DNA of 64,000 nucleotides from an uncultured Clostridiaceae bacterium (GTDB lineage Bacteria; Bacillota; Clostridia; TANB77; CAG-508): NCBI GenBank assembly GCA_947577025.1, contig CANPTO010000012.1, positions 1,484 to 65,483 of the forward strand, read 5' to 3'. Shown piece by piece: positions 11,010 to 20,488 of this stretch (position 1 is its first letter; each line of letters starts with the position of its first letter). The notes under the pieces were generated by a model. It saw only the letters and a program-made list of their open reading frames with translations, ran no database searches and was not told where the DNA came from. The position numbers and the translations under genes were made by a program.

Positions 11010-11070
11010 AAAATGAAGAGAAATTGAACTTTTTCCCAAAAGATAGAGTTCAATTTTTCTTCATTTTTTA
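11010..11070 (+). terminator. rho-independent terminator after the radical SAM gene
   Basis: Long stem gaagagaaattgaact / agttcaatttttcttc followed by a T-run. Confidence 0.7.
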
Positions 11071-11198
11071 GTATTTTCTAATTACTTCTTATTATTTAAG
11101 ATATAAAAACTCTAATATATAGTTTCATCTGCTTATTATTCTTATTTGCATATTTATAAGCATAGGTACCTTCTTCTAATCAAATTTGAGAATTGTAT

Positions 11199-11945
11199 TT
11201 AAATATAGTTTTCAAACCCAACTTGCAAATTTTTAATTTTGTAGCTTGGTATTTCTATTTCTACTTTTATGTGATTTTTGTTATCTTCTATTACATATAT
11301 TCCTTCATTTAAGTTTCCACTTTGCATTTCTTTTTTTGAGTAGAAATATTGAACATATAGTGTTTCTGGCTCAAATCCGAATTTTTCTATTACTCCTAAT
11401 TCTTCTAGTTGTATTTTTACTTTTTCATATATTTCACTTTTATTTTCATCAATATCTTTATTTGCTTTTGTATTTTGTTCTCCAGCTACTGCCATATTAC
11501 CTATATCTAAAGCCCTGTATTCAATATTGTTTACATCTGGTGTAAATATTAATTTGTATTCATCTTCCGATATATATATGTACTCATCATATAATAATTT
11601 TATTCTTTCTTTTTTTATCAATTTTTTTATATATTGATTTATTTCATTATCTTCTACATAACTATATTTTTTTAATATGTTCCTTATAATATTACTATTT
11701 CTTATTACATCTATGTCTCTTTCTTCTAGCTCACCATAACATTCATCTATTGCATATCCTATTTTTAATAATATATCAGAACTATTATCGCTTTTATAAT
11801 ATGTATTTTTGTGCTCTTGCTTTTTATTATTATATGATGTTGTAAAATGTTCTATATTCAAAATAAAACTTATATATAAACATACAATAATAATACCTAT
11901 TGCCATAAATTTTAAAATTGATTTAATTTTCATTTTTCCTAGCAT
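11199..11945 (-). CDS. hypothetical membrane-anchored protein (248 aa)
   Basis: N-terminal transmembrane helix (ILKFMAIGIIIVCLYISFIL). I recognise no family. Confidence 0.5.
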   Translation of the reverse strand: MLGKMKIKSILKFMAIGIIIVCLYISFILNIEHFTTSYNNKKQEHKNTYYKSDNSSDILLKIGYAIDECYGELEERDIDVIRNSNIIRNILKKYSYVEDNEINQYIKKLIKKERIKLLYDEYIYISEDEYKLIFTPDVNNIEYRALDIGNMAVAGEQNTKANKDIDENKSEIYEKVKIQLEELGVIEKFGFEPETLYVQYFYSKKEMQSGNLNEGIYVIEDNKNHIKVEIEIPSYKIKNLQVGFENYI

Positions 11946-12075
11946 ATGTTAGTTTTTAAATCTAACATATATTCCTTTCTTTTTATTTTGTAAGATTTAA
12001 AAACTTACATAGTACCACTGCATAAGATATCTGTAATTCGCTATCGCTCAAACATCTATCTTAACTAAATGGCCG

Positions 12076-13479
12076 TCAATCCTTGTCTCCTAATTTTATT
12101 ATAATTTTTGTGCCTTCATTTTCTTTACTTTCTATTTCTAGCTTTCCTTCTTGCATTTCTACTATTTGTATACATAGTGTAAGTCCTAAGCCCATTCCTG
12201 AAAATTTTCTGTTTCTGTCTTTACTTAATGTGTAGAATGGTTCTTTTATTTTTTCTAGTTCTTCCTTTTTTATTCCTTTTCCATAATCTATCACTTTTAT
12301 AACTTTTCTTTTATCTAGTTCTATTCTTACAATTGGATTATTTTCATATGCATTTATTGCATTTTTTGTTAAATTGATTATTAAAGTTTTTAATAGTGTT
12401 TTGTCAAAATTAATATATACATCTTTTTCAATTTGTTTTTGAAATACCACATATGGAAATGTAATTTGCATCTCTTCAATTATTCTATTTAATTCTTCTG
12501 ATAAATTTATTGTGTCTTTTGTAATACTTCCATTTTCTAAAAGCATTAAGTCCATTAGCTTTTGTGATATTTCTTCTATATATTTTCCTTCATCATATAT
12601 TCTTTTGCTATATTCTAAAACTACTTTCTCATCTGCAACTTTTCTATTTTTTATTAAGCTTGAATATCCTACTATTGAAGTTAAAGGTGTTCTTATTTCG
12701 TGTGTTAAATTCCCTATAAATCTTTTTCTATTTTCTGAAACTTTTTCTATTTCTGAAATGTTTTTTTGAAGTGCATCAGTCATTTTGTTAAAGCTTTTAC
12801 CTACATTTCCTATTTCATCATTTCCTAACTCTTTGACTTTTGCTGTATAGTTTCCTTTTGTGACCTCTTTTACTATTTTATTTAATATCTTTATTTTTCT
12901 TGTTATGAAACTTACACTTATTGATAATAAGAATGCAATAGTAAGTGAACATGCTAGACTAAGTTTTATGAAATAGTCTATCTGCTCTTTTTTCATATTA
13001 TTTATTTTTGAAATATCTGACATTATTACTACTACATTTGTATATTTTCTCATTTTCATAAATAATTTACTGCCTTCTACATATGTGGTTATATTTCCAT
13101 CTGTTTCATATTGTTCATCATTGTTATATTCATTATATTTATCATGTAGTTCCTCATTTGTCATTTTATCTTCTTCAATAAATAATTTTTCTTCTAATAT
13201 TTTTGAATAATCTTCTTTAAAATTTGTATATATTCTTCTTCCTTCATCATATATTTCTATATTTACATTATTTTTTAAGTAAGTATTACCTAGCATAGAA
13301 ATGTTACTAATTCCATATTGTAATTCATTTATTATGTTGTTAATTTGAATCATATTTTTATCTGTTTCTTTTTCTATGTTAGACTGATATGTATAGTTTA
13401 TCATATTTATACCTATCAAGTTTATTGCTATTATAATTAGTGTAAAAGACATTAGAAATATTTTTTGGCCAAATCCCAT
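12076..13479 (-). CDS. sensor histidine kinase
   Basis: Two transmembrane segments, a HAMP-like linker, the H-box LTHEIRTPLTSI and a C-terminal HATPase (GMGLGLTLC). Confidence 0.9.
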   Translation of the reverse strand: MGFGQKIFLMSFTLIIIAINLIGINMINYTYQSNIEKETDKNMIQINNIINELQYGISNISMLGNTYLKNNVNIEIYDEGRRIYTNFKEDYSKILEEKLFIEEDKMTNEELHDKYNEYNNDEQYETDGNITTYVEGSKLFMKMRKYTNVVVIMSDISKINNMKKEQIDYFIKLSLACSLTIAFLLSISVSFITRKIKILNKIVKEVTKGNYTAKVKELGNDEIGNVGKSFNKMTDALQKNISEIEKVSENRKRFIGNLTHEIRTPLTSIVGYSSLIKNRKVADEKVVLEYSKRIYDEGKYIEEISQKLMDLMLLENGSITKDTINLSEELNRIIEEMQITFPYVVFQKQIEKDVYINFDKTLLKTLIINLTKNAINAYENNPIVRIELDKRKVIKVIDYGKGIKKEELEKIKEPFYTLSKDRNRKFSGMGLGLTLCIQIVEMQEGKLEIESKENEGTKIIIKLGDKD

Positions 13480-13557
13480 GTTTTACTCCTTTTATTAAAT
13501 TATTTGTTGATAGACAAAATTTGCTTTGCCACGCTACGTGTTAAATTGTCCGCTCCT

Positions 13558-13665
13558 AAGTAAGTAATATATTTTATTTTTTTCGCCCTCCAAGCTCACG
13601 GGTATTCCCCCTCCTCAAAGGGCTGCGTAAGACTTCATTACAAAAATAAAATATATTACTTACTT
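13558..13665. repeat. hairpin element with 24-bp perfect inverted arms in the RR-HK spacer
   Basis: The arm aagtaagtaatatattttattttt (13558-13581) and its exact complement (13642-13665) flank a GC-rich 60-nt loop. Confidence 0.7.
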
Positions 13666-13709
13666 CGCGCTACTCTATAACTTAATACAGAATATTTTCA
13701 TATTAAAAT

Positions 13710-14354
13710 CTATTTTAATATGTATCCTATTTTGTTTATTGTTACTATATTTTCTTTTAGGTCTAATTTTTTTCGTAATTGTTGTATGTGGTAATCTACT
13801 GTTCTTGTTTCTATTTGTGCATTTATATCCCATACTTTGTTTAATATTTCATCTCTTGTTAATACTCTATTTTGATTTTTTATAAGTAATATAAATAGTT
13901 CATATTCTTTTGGTGCTAAATATATTATTTCTTCATTTTTGTATACTGTTCTTGTATTTTCGTTTATTTTTATATTTTTAAAATTATATTGTTTTTCTCT
14001 TTTACTTTCCATTCGAAGTTCAATTCTTGCAAGCAGTTCTAATGGCTCAAATGGCTTTGTTATATAGTCTTTTCCTCCACTTTTTAAGCCTTTTACAATT
14101 GTGCTTACATCATTTTTAGCAGATAAGAATATAATTGGAATATCTTTGTTTTCCATTTGCTCTGCTATTTGAAAACCATCTAATTTTGGTAGCATTATAT
14201 CTAGCAAAATTAAATCATAAGTATTTTCATTTATCTTTTTAAGTGCATCCTCGCCGTCAAAACTACAATCAAATTCATAGTTTGCTAAGCTTACAGTGTC
14301 TTGTATTAATTTTGATATATTTTTTTCATCTTCTACTATTAATATTTTTGGCAT
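13710..14354 (-). CDS. OmpR-family response regulator
   Basis: Receiver domain (LILLDIMLPKLDG) plus a winged-helix C-terminus (RTVDYHIQQLRKKL). Confidence 0.9.
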   Translation of the reverse strand: MPKILIVEDEKNISKLIQDTVSLANYEFDCSFDGEDALKKINENTYDLILLDIMLPKLDGFQIAEQMENKDIPIIFLSAKNDVSTIVKGLKSGGKDYITKPFEPLELLARIELRMESKREKQYNFKNIKINENTRTVYKNEEIIYLAPKEYELFILLIKNQNRVLTRDEILNKVWDINAQIETRTVDYHIQQLRKKLDLKENIVTINKIGYILK

Positions 14355-14481
14355 TTTCTTATGCTCCCTTCTTTTTTATTTTAGCATTTTTTTATGTTTA
14401 TTACAATTGATTGGATGTAAGTTTTTTGTAAGGCTTTTAACTAAAAAGAAGTACTTTATAAAAGTACTTCTTTTTAATATA

Positions 14482-14799
14482 TTATAGATATTTACTTAAT
14501 TCTTTTTCTTCTTTTGTAAGCTTCTCGTAATTGTCACTTCCAGGGACGGCAACCTGTGGTGCATATATTTTTACTTCGCTTGGTATAAGTTTTTCTGGAA
14601 TTTCAGTAAAGCACTTACATTTTGGGCATATACACCCATAATATACTTCTCCCCATGTTATACGTTTTAATACATCACCATCTTCTAATGTCATCATTCC
14701 ATAACATGGCTTATGTTTTTGTTCCCAGCCTTTTCCTGTACATCTTACGTCTAAAGACCAATCTGGTAATTTGTAATTACCTTCTTCCTTCATTACCAT
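14482..14799 (-). CDS. hypothetical Cys-rich protein (105 aa)
   Basis: A good AAGGAGG site precedes it, and it contains the motif CICPKCKC. I recognise no family. Confidence 0.5.
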   Translation of the reverse strand: MVMKEEGNYKLPDWSLDVRCTGKGWEQKHKPCYGMMTLEDGDVLKRITWGEVYYGCICPKCKCFTEIPEKLIPSEVKIYAPQVAVPGSDNYEKLTKEEKELSKYL

Positions 14800-14942
14800 A
14801 TTTTTTCCTCCTTACAATTGTTTTTGAGTACTTGTTTATTTGCTATTTTTTCGTGTATTTACGAAAGACATTAATATTTCATCATATTTTTATGTCAATT
14901 GCAATATATCATTATCTATTTTTTATTATTTTTAAGAAATCT

Positions 14943-16211
14943 TTATACTCCTAATATCTTTTTTACATCTCCATAAATATAAAAACTTCCAACTACAAAA
15001 CTAACTTTATTTTTTTGACTTTTTGCATATAAAATTGCTTCTTTTAATTTTTTTTGATATAGTTGTTCATTTTTTGTTATCCTTTTGGCTGTTTCATATA
15101 GTTCTTTACTTGATACATATCTTTCTTCATCATTTCCATTTGTAAAAATAAATGTAGAGTTTTCATCTTTTAATAAGTATTTTAATACTGTTTTGTAATC
15201 TTTGCTTTTTAATATAGATATAATATATATTTTTTCTTTTTCTTTATAATATGTGTTTACTGTATTTATAAAGTTTAAAATTGCTTCTTCGTTATGACCT
15301 CCATCATATATTATCTCTGGCTTTTTATTTATAGTTTCAAACCTTGCTTTATGTACTACTGCCTGTAAACCTTCTCTTACTGCTTTTTCTGATATTTTAA
15401 AGCCTTTTTGTTTTAATATATTAATTGTTTCTAAGCATAAACTTGCATTTTCAAATTGCTTCTCTCCCTTTAGGTTTAACTTTATATTTTTATTTTCTTT
15501 ATAATTAAATGTTAAAAATTCACCTTCATAGCTTTTATTTTGTATATCAGCTTTTTTTACAGCATTTAATGTATTATTTTTATTTAAACATGTTTCTTCT
15601 ATTATATTTTGAATAGCTGTTTTTTGCTCTACTATAACAGTATTTGAGTTTTCTTTTATAATTCCTGCTTTTTGTATTGCAATTTCTTCTAAAGTATTAC
15701 CTAATATTGCCATATGGTCATAGCCAATAGAAGTAATAATAGATACTAGAGGCCATACTATGTTTGTACAGTCATATAGACCTCCTAAGCCTGTTTCAAG
15801 AACTACAAAGTCGCATTTTTTTTCTTTGAAATAGTATAATGCCATAGTCGTTAATAGTTCAAATAAAGTTACTTTTGTATTACTTATTTTATTATATTTT
15901 TCTATTTTATTTTTTAGCTTTTCTATTATATCTTCCATCTCTTTATCTGTTATATTTTGACCATTTACAGTAATTCTTTCATTATATTTTATTAAGTGTG
16001 GTGATATATATTTTCCTACTTTATATCCATTTTTAGTTAAAATATTAGCTAGCATTTCTGTGGTACTTCCTTTTCCGTTTGTGCCTGCTATATGAATAAT
16101 TTTTAACTGCTTTTCTGGATGTGCTAATTCTTCCATAAAATATTCCATTGCTTTTAAAGTAGGATTTTTTGTTCCTTTATAAAAATTATTAAAATATTCT
16201 TCTATGTTCAT
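14943..16211 (-). CDS. folC: folylpolyglutamate synthase / dihydrofolate synthase
   Basis: P-loop HIAGTNGKGST and a Mur-ligase-like architecture; 422 aa. Confidence 0.9.
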   Translation of the reverse strand: MNIEEYFNNFYKGTKNPTLKAMEYFMEELAHPEKQLKIIHIAGTNGKGSTTEMLANILTKNGYKVGKYISPHLIKYNERITVNGQNITDKEMEDIIEKLKNKIEKYNKISNTKVTLFELLTTMALYYFKEKKCDFVVLETGLGGLYDCTNIVWPLVSIITSIGYDHMAILGNTLEEIAIQKAGIIKENSNTVIVEQKTAIQNIIEETCLNKNNTLNAVKKADIQNKSYEGEFLTFNYKENKNIKLNLKGEKQFENASLCLETINILKQKGFKISEKAVREGLQAVVHKARFETINKKPEIIYDGGHNEEAILNFINTVNTYYKEKEKIYIISILKSKDYKTVLKYLLKDENSTFIFTNGNDEERYVSSKELYETAKRITKNEQLYQKKLKEAILYAKSQKNKVSFVVGSFYIYGDVKKILGV

Positions 16212-16242
16212 AAAGCCTCCTTAATATTTTCTAACAATTGAA

Positions 16243-16310
16243 ATCGTAAGATTTCTTAACTGTAGCATTTTAATGCGTACAGATAAGTTATGCTTTAGTA
16301 AAATCTAAAA
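16243..16310. repeat. copy of a dispersed mosaic intergenic repeat
   Basis: atcgtaagatttcttaactgtagcattttaatgcgtacagataagttatgctttagtaaaatctaa closely matches 59715-59782. Confidence 0.6.
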
Positions 16311-16544
16311 CTCGCCATAACTATCTCGTATGTAGCTTTTCTTCCCCTTGGTCAGAAAATTCCTACGATATAGAAAAAATTCTCCTTTCATTTTCATTCC
16401 ACACGAAAATGAAAGAAGACTTTTCTTCTTTTATTTTTCATAGCGGAATGCGAAAATAAATACGCAAGCTTTTTAAGACTTTTGCCTTAGTAACAACTTC
16501 CCGTTTACTAAGTCTTAACGATTTATTTTCTACTCTATCTTTAT

Positions 16545-18209
16545 TTAAAATATACCTACAATATTCCCTTCTTCATCTATATCTATTTGCTCTGCTGATG
16601 GTACTTTTGGAAGGCCTGGCATTGTCATAACTTTTCCTGTTAGCACTACTATAAATTCTGCTCCTGCTTTTAGTTTTACTTCTTTTACGTGTATATTAAA
16701 TGGTGAGTTACATTCTAAATTTTTTGCGTCATCTGAGAAAGAATATTGTGTTTTTGCTATACATATTGGTAGGTTTTGGTATCCTAATTTTTGTATACTC
16801 TTTATTTGTTCTTCTGCTTCTTTTGTGTATTCTACCCCTTCTGCTCCATAAATTGTGCAGGCTACTTTTTTAATTTTTTCTTTTATGCTATCTTCTAGAG
16901 AATATATGTGTTTAAATTCTTTTTCTTGTTTATCACATAATACTACTACTTTTTCGGCTAAATCTGTTGCTCCTTCTCCACCTTTTCCCCAGCTTTCTAC
17001 TAGGCTTAAGTTAACTTGCTTACTTTCTAGTATTTCTTTTAATGTATCTATTTCATTTTGTGTATCTTGGTCAAATTTGTTTATTGCAACTATTACATTT
17101 AGTCCGAATTTATCTTTTAGGTTTTCTATATGTTTTAGTAAGTTTTTGCTTCCTCTTTTTAAGGCTTCAGTATTTTCTTCTGTAAGTTCATCTTTTGGAA
17201 TTCCTCCATGATATTTTAGTGCTTTTATTGTGCTAACAACAACTACTGCATCTGGCACTTTTTCTAGTTTTCTTGTTTTTATATTTAGGAATTTTTCTGC
17301 TCCTAAGTCTGCACCAAATCCTGCTTCTGTTACGGTGTAATCTGCTAGTTTTAATGCAAGTTTTGTTGCAACAATGCTGTTACATCCATGTGCTATATTT
17401 GCAAATGGTCCCCCATGAATAATTGCTGGGGTATGTTCTAAGGTTTGTACTAAGTTTGGGTTAATAGCGTCTTTAAGTAGCACTGTTAATGCTCCTTCTG
17501 CTTTTAAGTCATGTGCAGTTATAGGTTTTCCTTCTTTTTTAAAGCCTATTATAATATTACCTAGTCTTATTTTTAAATCTTCTAAACTAGATGCCAGGCA
17601 GAATATTGCCATTATTTCTGAGGCTACTGTTATATCGAAACCGTCTTCACGTGGTACAATATTTTTTTCATTTGATAAACCTGTGTTTACAGTTCTTAAT
17701 TGCCTATCGTTTAGGTCTACACACCTTTTCCATGTCACTTTTTCAATATTTAATTCGTTTCCGTGGTATATGTGGTTATCAATTATAGCTGACAATAAGT
17801 TATTAGCTGAGGTTATTGCATGTATATCTCCTGTAAAGTGTAGATTTATATCTTCCATTGGTGCTACTTGTGAGTAGCCTCCGCCTGTAGCTCCACCTTT
17901 TATTCCGAATACTGGGCCTAGTGATGGCTCCCTTAATGCTAGTATTGATTTTTTACCAATTTTTCTTAGTCCATCTGCTAGCCCTATTGATATAGTAGTT
18001 TTTCCTTCTCCTAATGGTGTTGGGTTAATTGCTGTTACTAGTATTAATTTTCCATCTTTTTTGTTTTTTAGCTTTTCTAGCTTTTCTAAACAAATTTTAG
18101 CTTTATATTTTCCATATGGTTCTAAATATTCTTCTTCTATTTCATTTTGTTTAGCTATATTTGTAATTGGCTCTAACTTTGTATTTCTTGCAATTTCAAT
18201 ATCTTTCAT
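16545..18209 (-). CDS. fhs: formate--tetrahydrofolate ligase
   Basis: A 554-aa protein with [10 protein letters not shown] and the characteristic FTHFS sequence throughout. Confidence 0.97.
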   Translation of the reverse strand: MKDIEIARNTKLEPITNIAKQNEIEEEYLEPYGKYKAKICLEKLEKLKNKKDGKLILVTAINPTPLGEGKTTISIGLADGLRKIGKKSILALREPSLGPVFGIKGGATGGGYSQVAPMEDINLHFTGDIHAITSANNLLSAIIDNHIYHGNELNIEKVTWKRCVDLNDRQLRTVNTGLSNEKNIVPREDGFDITVASEIMAIFCLASSLEDLKIRLGNIIIGFKKEGKPITAHDLKAEGALTVLLKDAINPNLVQTLEHTPAIIHGGPFANIAHGCNSIVATKLALKLADYTVTEAGFGADLGAEKFLNIKTRKLEKVPDAVVVVSTIKALKYHGGIPKDELTEENTEALKRGSKNLLKHIENLKDKFGLNVIVAINKFDQDTQNEIDTLKEILESKQVNLSLVESWGKGGEGATDLAEKVVVLCDKQEKEFKHIYSLEDSIKEKIKKVACTIYGAEGVEYTKEAEEQIKSIQKLGYQNLPICIAKTQYSFSDDAKNLECNSPFNIHVKEVKLKAGAEFIVVLTGKVMTMPGLPKVPSAEQIDIDEEGNIVGIF

Positions 18210-18539
18210 TTATTTTAGCACCTCTTTTTCTATATATAATTTATAGTAAATATGTTTCTATCAAACGCCTTCCCTTTTTTAAGTGGAGGAAAAACACATC
18301 TGGTTATTTTCTTTTTCTATGTTATACAGTTTATAGTATTTATATATTTTTTTCAATAAATTTGAAAATCTTTTTACTTCTTCAGCTTATATAAATTGTA
18401 TTTTCAAAAAACGATTTTTTATAGAGCTGACTCAGGTCACCCGTTAGTAGTGACCCCTGCAACCTGAAATTTGTTTATAAAAGTCGATTTTTTATTTTTA
18501 ACAAAAAAACAGCATTTTGTGCTGCTTCTTACTTTTTTA

Positions 18540-18722
18540 TTAGTTTTCTTTTTTTGCTATTACTTCTTTTCCATTATAATAACCACAATTAGAGCAAACT
18601 CTATGTTGCATTATCATTTCGTGGCAGTGTGGACATGCTACTAAATTTTTGTTTTCTAATTTCCATGTTGATCTTTTTAAACCTGTTCTTGCTTTAGACC
18701 ATCTTCTTTTTGGTTGTGCCAT
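18540..18722 (-). CDS. rpmF: 50S ribosomal protein L32
   Basis: MAQPKRRWSKARTGLKRSTWKL... with a CxxC...CxxC zinc ribbon. Confidence 0.95.
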   Translation of the reverse strand: MAQPKRRWSKARTGLKRSTWKLENKNLVACPHCHEMIMQHRVCSNCGYYNGKEVIAKKEN

Positions 18723-18946
18723 TTTATATTCCCTCCCTTGTAATTATCTTTATGTATGTATATCTATTTTCATAGTTATTCATTTTTTTAATCTTTTAAA
18801 ATTATACTAGAATTTGAATTTATTGTCAATAGGTATGCTAAAATTTGTTGAATTTGACATATTTTATGGATACTAGCCCTGCCTTTAAAATTCTTGCAGG
18901 CTATATTTTTAGTGTATTGCCTAATATAAAAATTTTATTCATTTTT

Positions 18947-19432
18947 TTAATCTAATAATTCATTAATTTTATTTTCTAACATATTTATAAAGTTATTGTT
19001 ATTTCCTTTGAATTCTTTTGGAGTAAATTTTTCTACTTTTTTTAATGCTTCTTCTATTTTTTTTGTATCATATACCGGTATAATATAGCCATTACTACCA
19101 AAGTTCTCTAATATTTGCTCTTGATGGTTGTTTACATGTTCTCCATATTCTTTTTTTCTTGCTACAACTATCATTTTTTTTCCTTGCTTTAGTCCCTCTA
19201 TTATTGAACCAACTCCTGCATGTGTTATTATAAAATCTGCTTTTTCTAATAAACTGCTAAATTCTTTTATAGGCATATAGTCTATTATTTTCATTTTGTC
19301 TGTCTCATATTTTGTGCACCCTGCTTGTACTATTACTTCATCTTTTATATTTTTTAATTCTATTTGTTCCTCTACTGCTTTTATTAGCCTTTCAAATGGT
19401 TTATCTTGAGTTCCTAGTGTTACTAATATCAT
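18947..19432 (-). CDS. PssE/Cps14G-like (Alg13-like) glycosyltransferase subunit
   Basis: A 161-aa Glyco_tran_28_C-like protein (ITHAGVGSIIEGL), paired with the upstream Alg14-like gene. Confidence 0.8.
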   Translation of the reverse strand: MILVTLGTQDKPFERLIKAVEEQIELKNIKDEVIVQAGCTKYETDKMKIIDYMPIKEFSSLLEKADFIITHAGVGSIIEGLKQGKKMIVVARKKEYGEHVNNHQEQILENFGSNGYIIPVYDTKKIEEALKKVEKFTPKEFKGNNNNFINMLENKINELLD

Positions 19433-19484
19433 TTTTACCTCATCTTATTTTTTAAAAATTTCTACTTTTTAGTTTTATATGTTT

Positions 19485-20006
19485 TTAATATATCCATCCA
19501 TAATATTGTGCTTTTGGATATATTTGTAGCATTTCTTCCCATTGTACTATAAATGTGTCTGCTACTAAATACAGTAGCTTGCCTGTTACTGTTTTTGTTG
19601 TTCTGTTTGCAAATGTTTCTATATATATTACTTTACTTCCTAATATTTTTCCAATACAACACATTGGTCCTGCTGTATGTGTTCCTGTTGTTATTATTAC
19701 TTGTGGTCTTATTTTTAGGTATATATATAAGCTTATAAAGCAATTTGCTAGTAATACAAATATATATTTGAATGGCTCTTTTTTTGTTTTATATAATAGG
19801 AAGTTTATATTTTTTTTGTATTTTTCTTTTAAATTACTATTAGTTTTTGTTTTTTCTGTTACTATATGATATTGGCATTTTTCCATTAGTGGTTTTAATT
19901 GCATTAATTCGCTAAAATGCCCTCCTGTACTTGAAATAAACAATATTTTTGTGTCTGTGTTTATTTTACTTTGATTTTTAGATGTTACTTTTTTATTATA
20001 TATCAT
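19485..20006 (-). CDS. PssD/Cps14F-like (Alg14-like) subunit
   Basis: ILFISSTGGHFSELMQL and TTGTHTAGPMC are present. No stop codon separates it from the VanZ-like frame upstream. Confidence 0.8.
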   Translation of the reverse strand: MIYNKKVTSKNQSKINTDTKILFISSTGGHFSELMQLKPLMEKCQYHIVTEKTKTNSNLKEKYKKNINFLLYKTKKEPFKYIFVLLANCFISLYIYLKIRPQVIITTGTHTAGPMCCIGKILGSKVIYIETFANRTTKTVTGKLLYLVADTFIVQWEEMLQIYPKAQYYGWIY

Positions 20007-20466
20007 TTTTTCTATTACATGTATTATAATTGTAGCTATTATTATTCCTGTTAATACTCCTAATGAATCTATGCAAACATCTCTTAGTTCACAACTTCTA
20101 CCTGGTATAAATAGCTGATGTATTTCATCTGTTATAGCGTATAGGGTTCCGAAACATAAAGCTAAATACCCTTTTTTGCTGTTTTGTACCTTTACATGTT
20201 AAGGCATAGTTCATAGTTAAAAAACCTAGTAAAGTGTATATTGAAAAGTGTGCAGTTTTTCTTACTATTGGCTGCAATATTTCGCTACATACTACTTGCT
20301 TTTCTTCCTCTGGTAGGTTTCGCAGCGCTGGTAGTATTTTTACAACAAAATTTACTACTCTTCCACTTGAATTACTTGACTTAATTGCTACTTGATTTGA
20401 AAAGTAGAATATTGTTATACAATTTATTGCTATTAATATTAAGAATATTATTTTCCTTGCTTTCAT
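20007..20466 (-). CDS. VanZ-like membrane protein; needs a +1 step at CGG 20149-20151 and then reads straight into the Alg14-like ORF
   Basis: The track ORF 20125..20466 ends ...SFMFRNPIRYNR*. The +1 frame gives GTLYAITDEIHQLFIPGRSCELRDVCIDSLGVLTG, the conserved VanZ core. That frame stays open through the ATG at 20006. Confidence 0.7.
20149..20151 (-). other. in-frame CGG at a +1 frame junction
   Basis: The sense strand reads TTT-CGG-AAC. An A6 run at 20172-20177 also lies inside the window where the switch could occur, so this site alone is ambiguous. Confidence 0.6.
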
Positions 20467-20488
20467 TTTAGCTCCTTTTCTGTTAATA

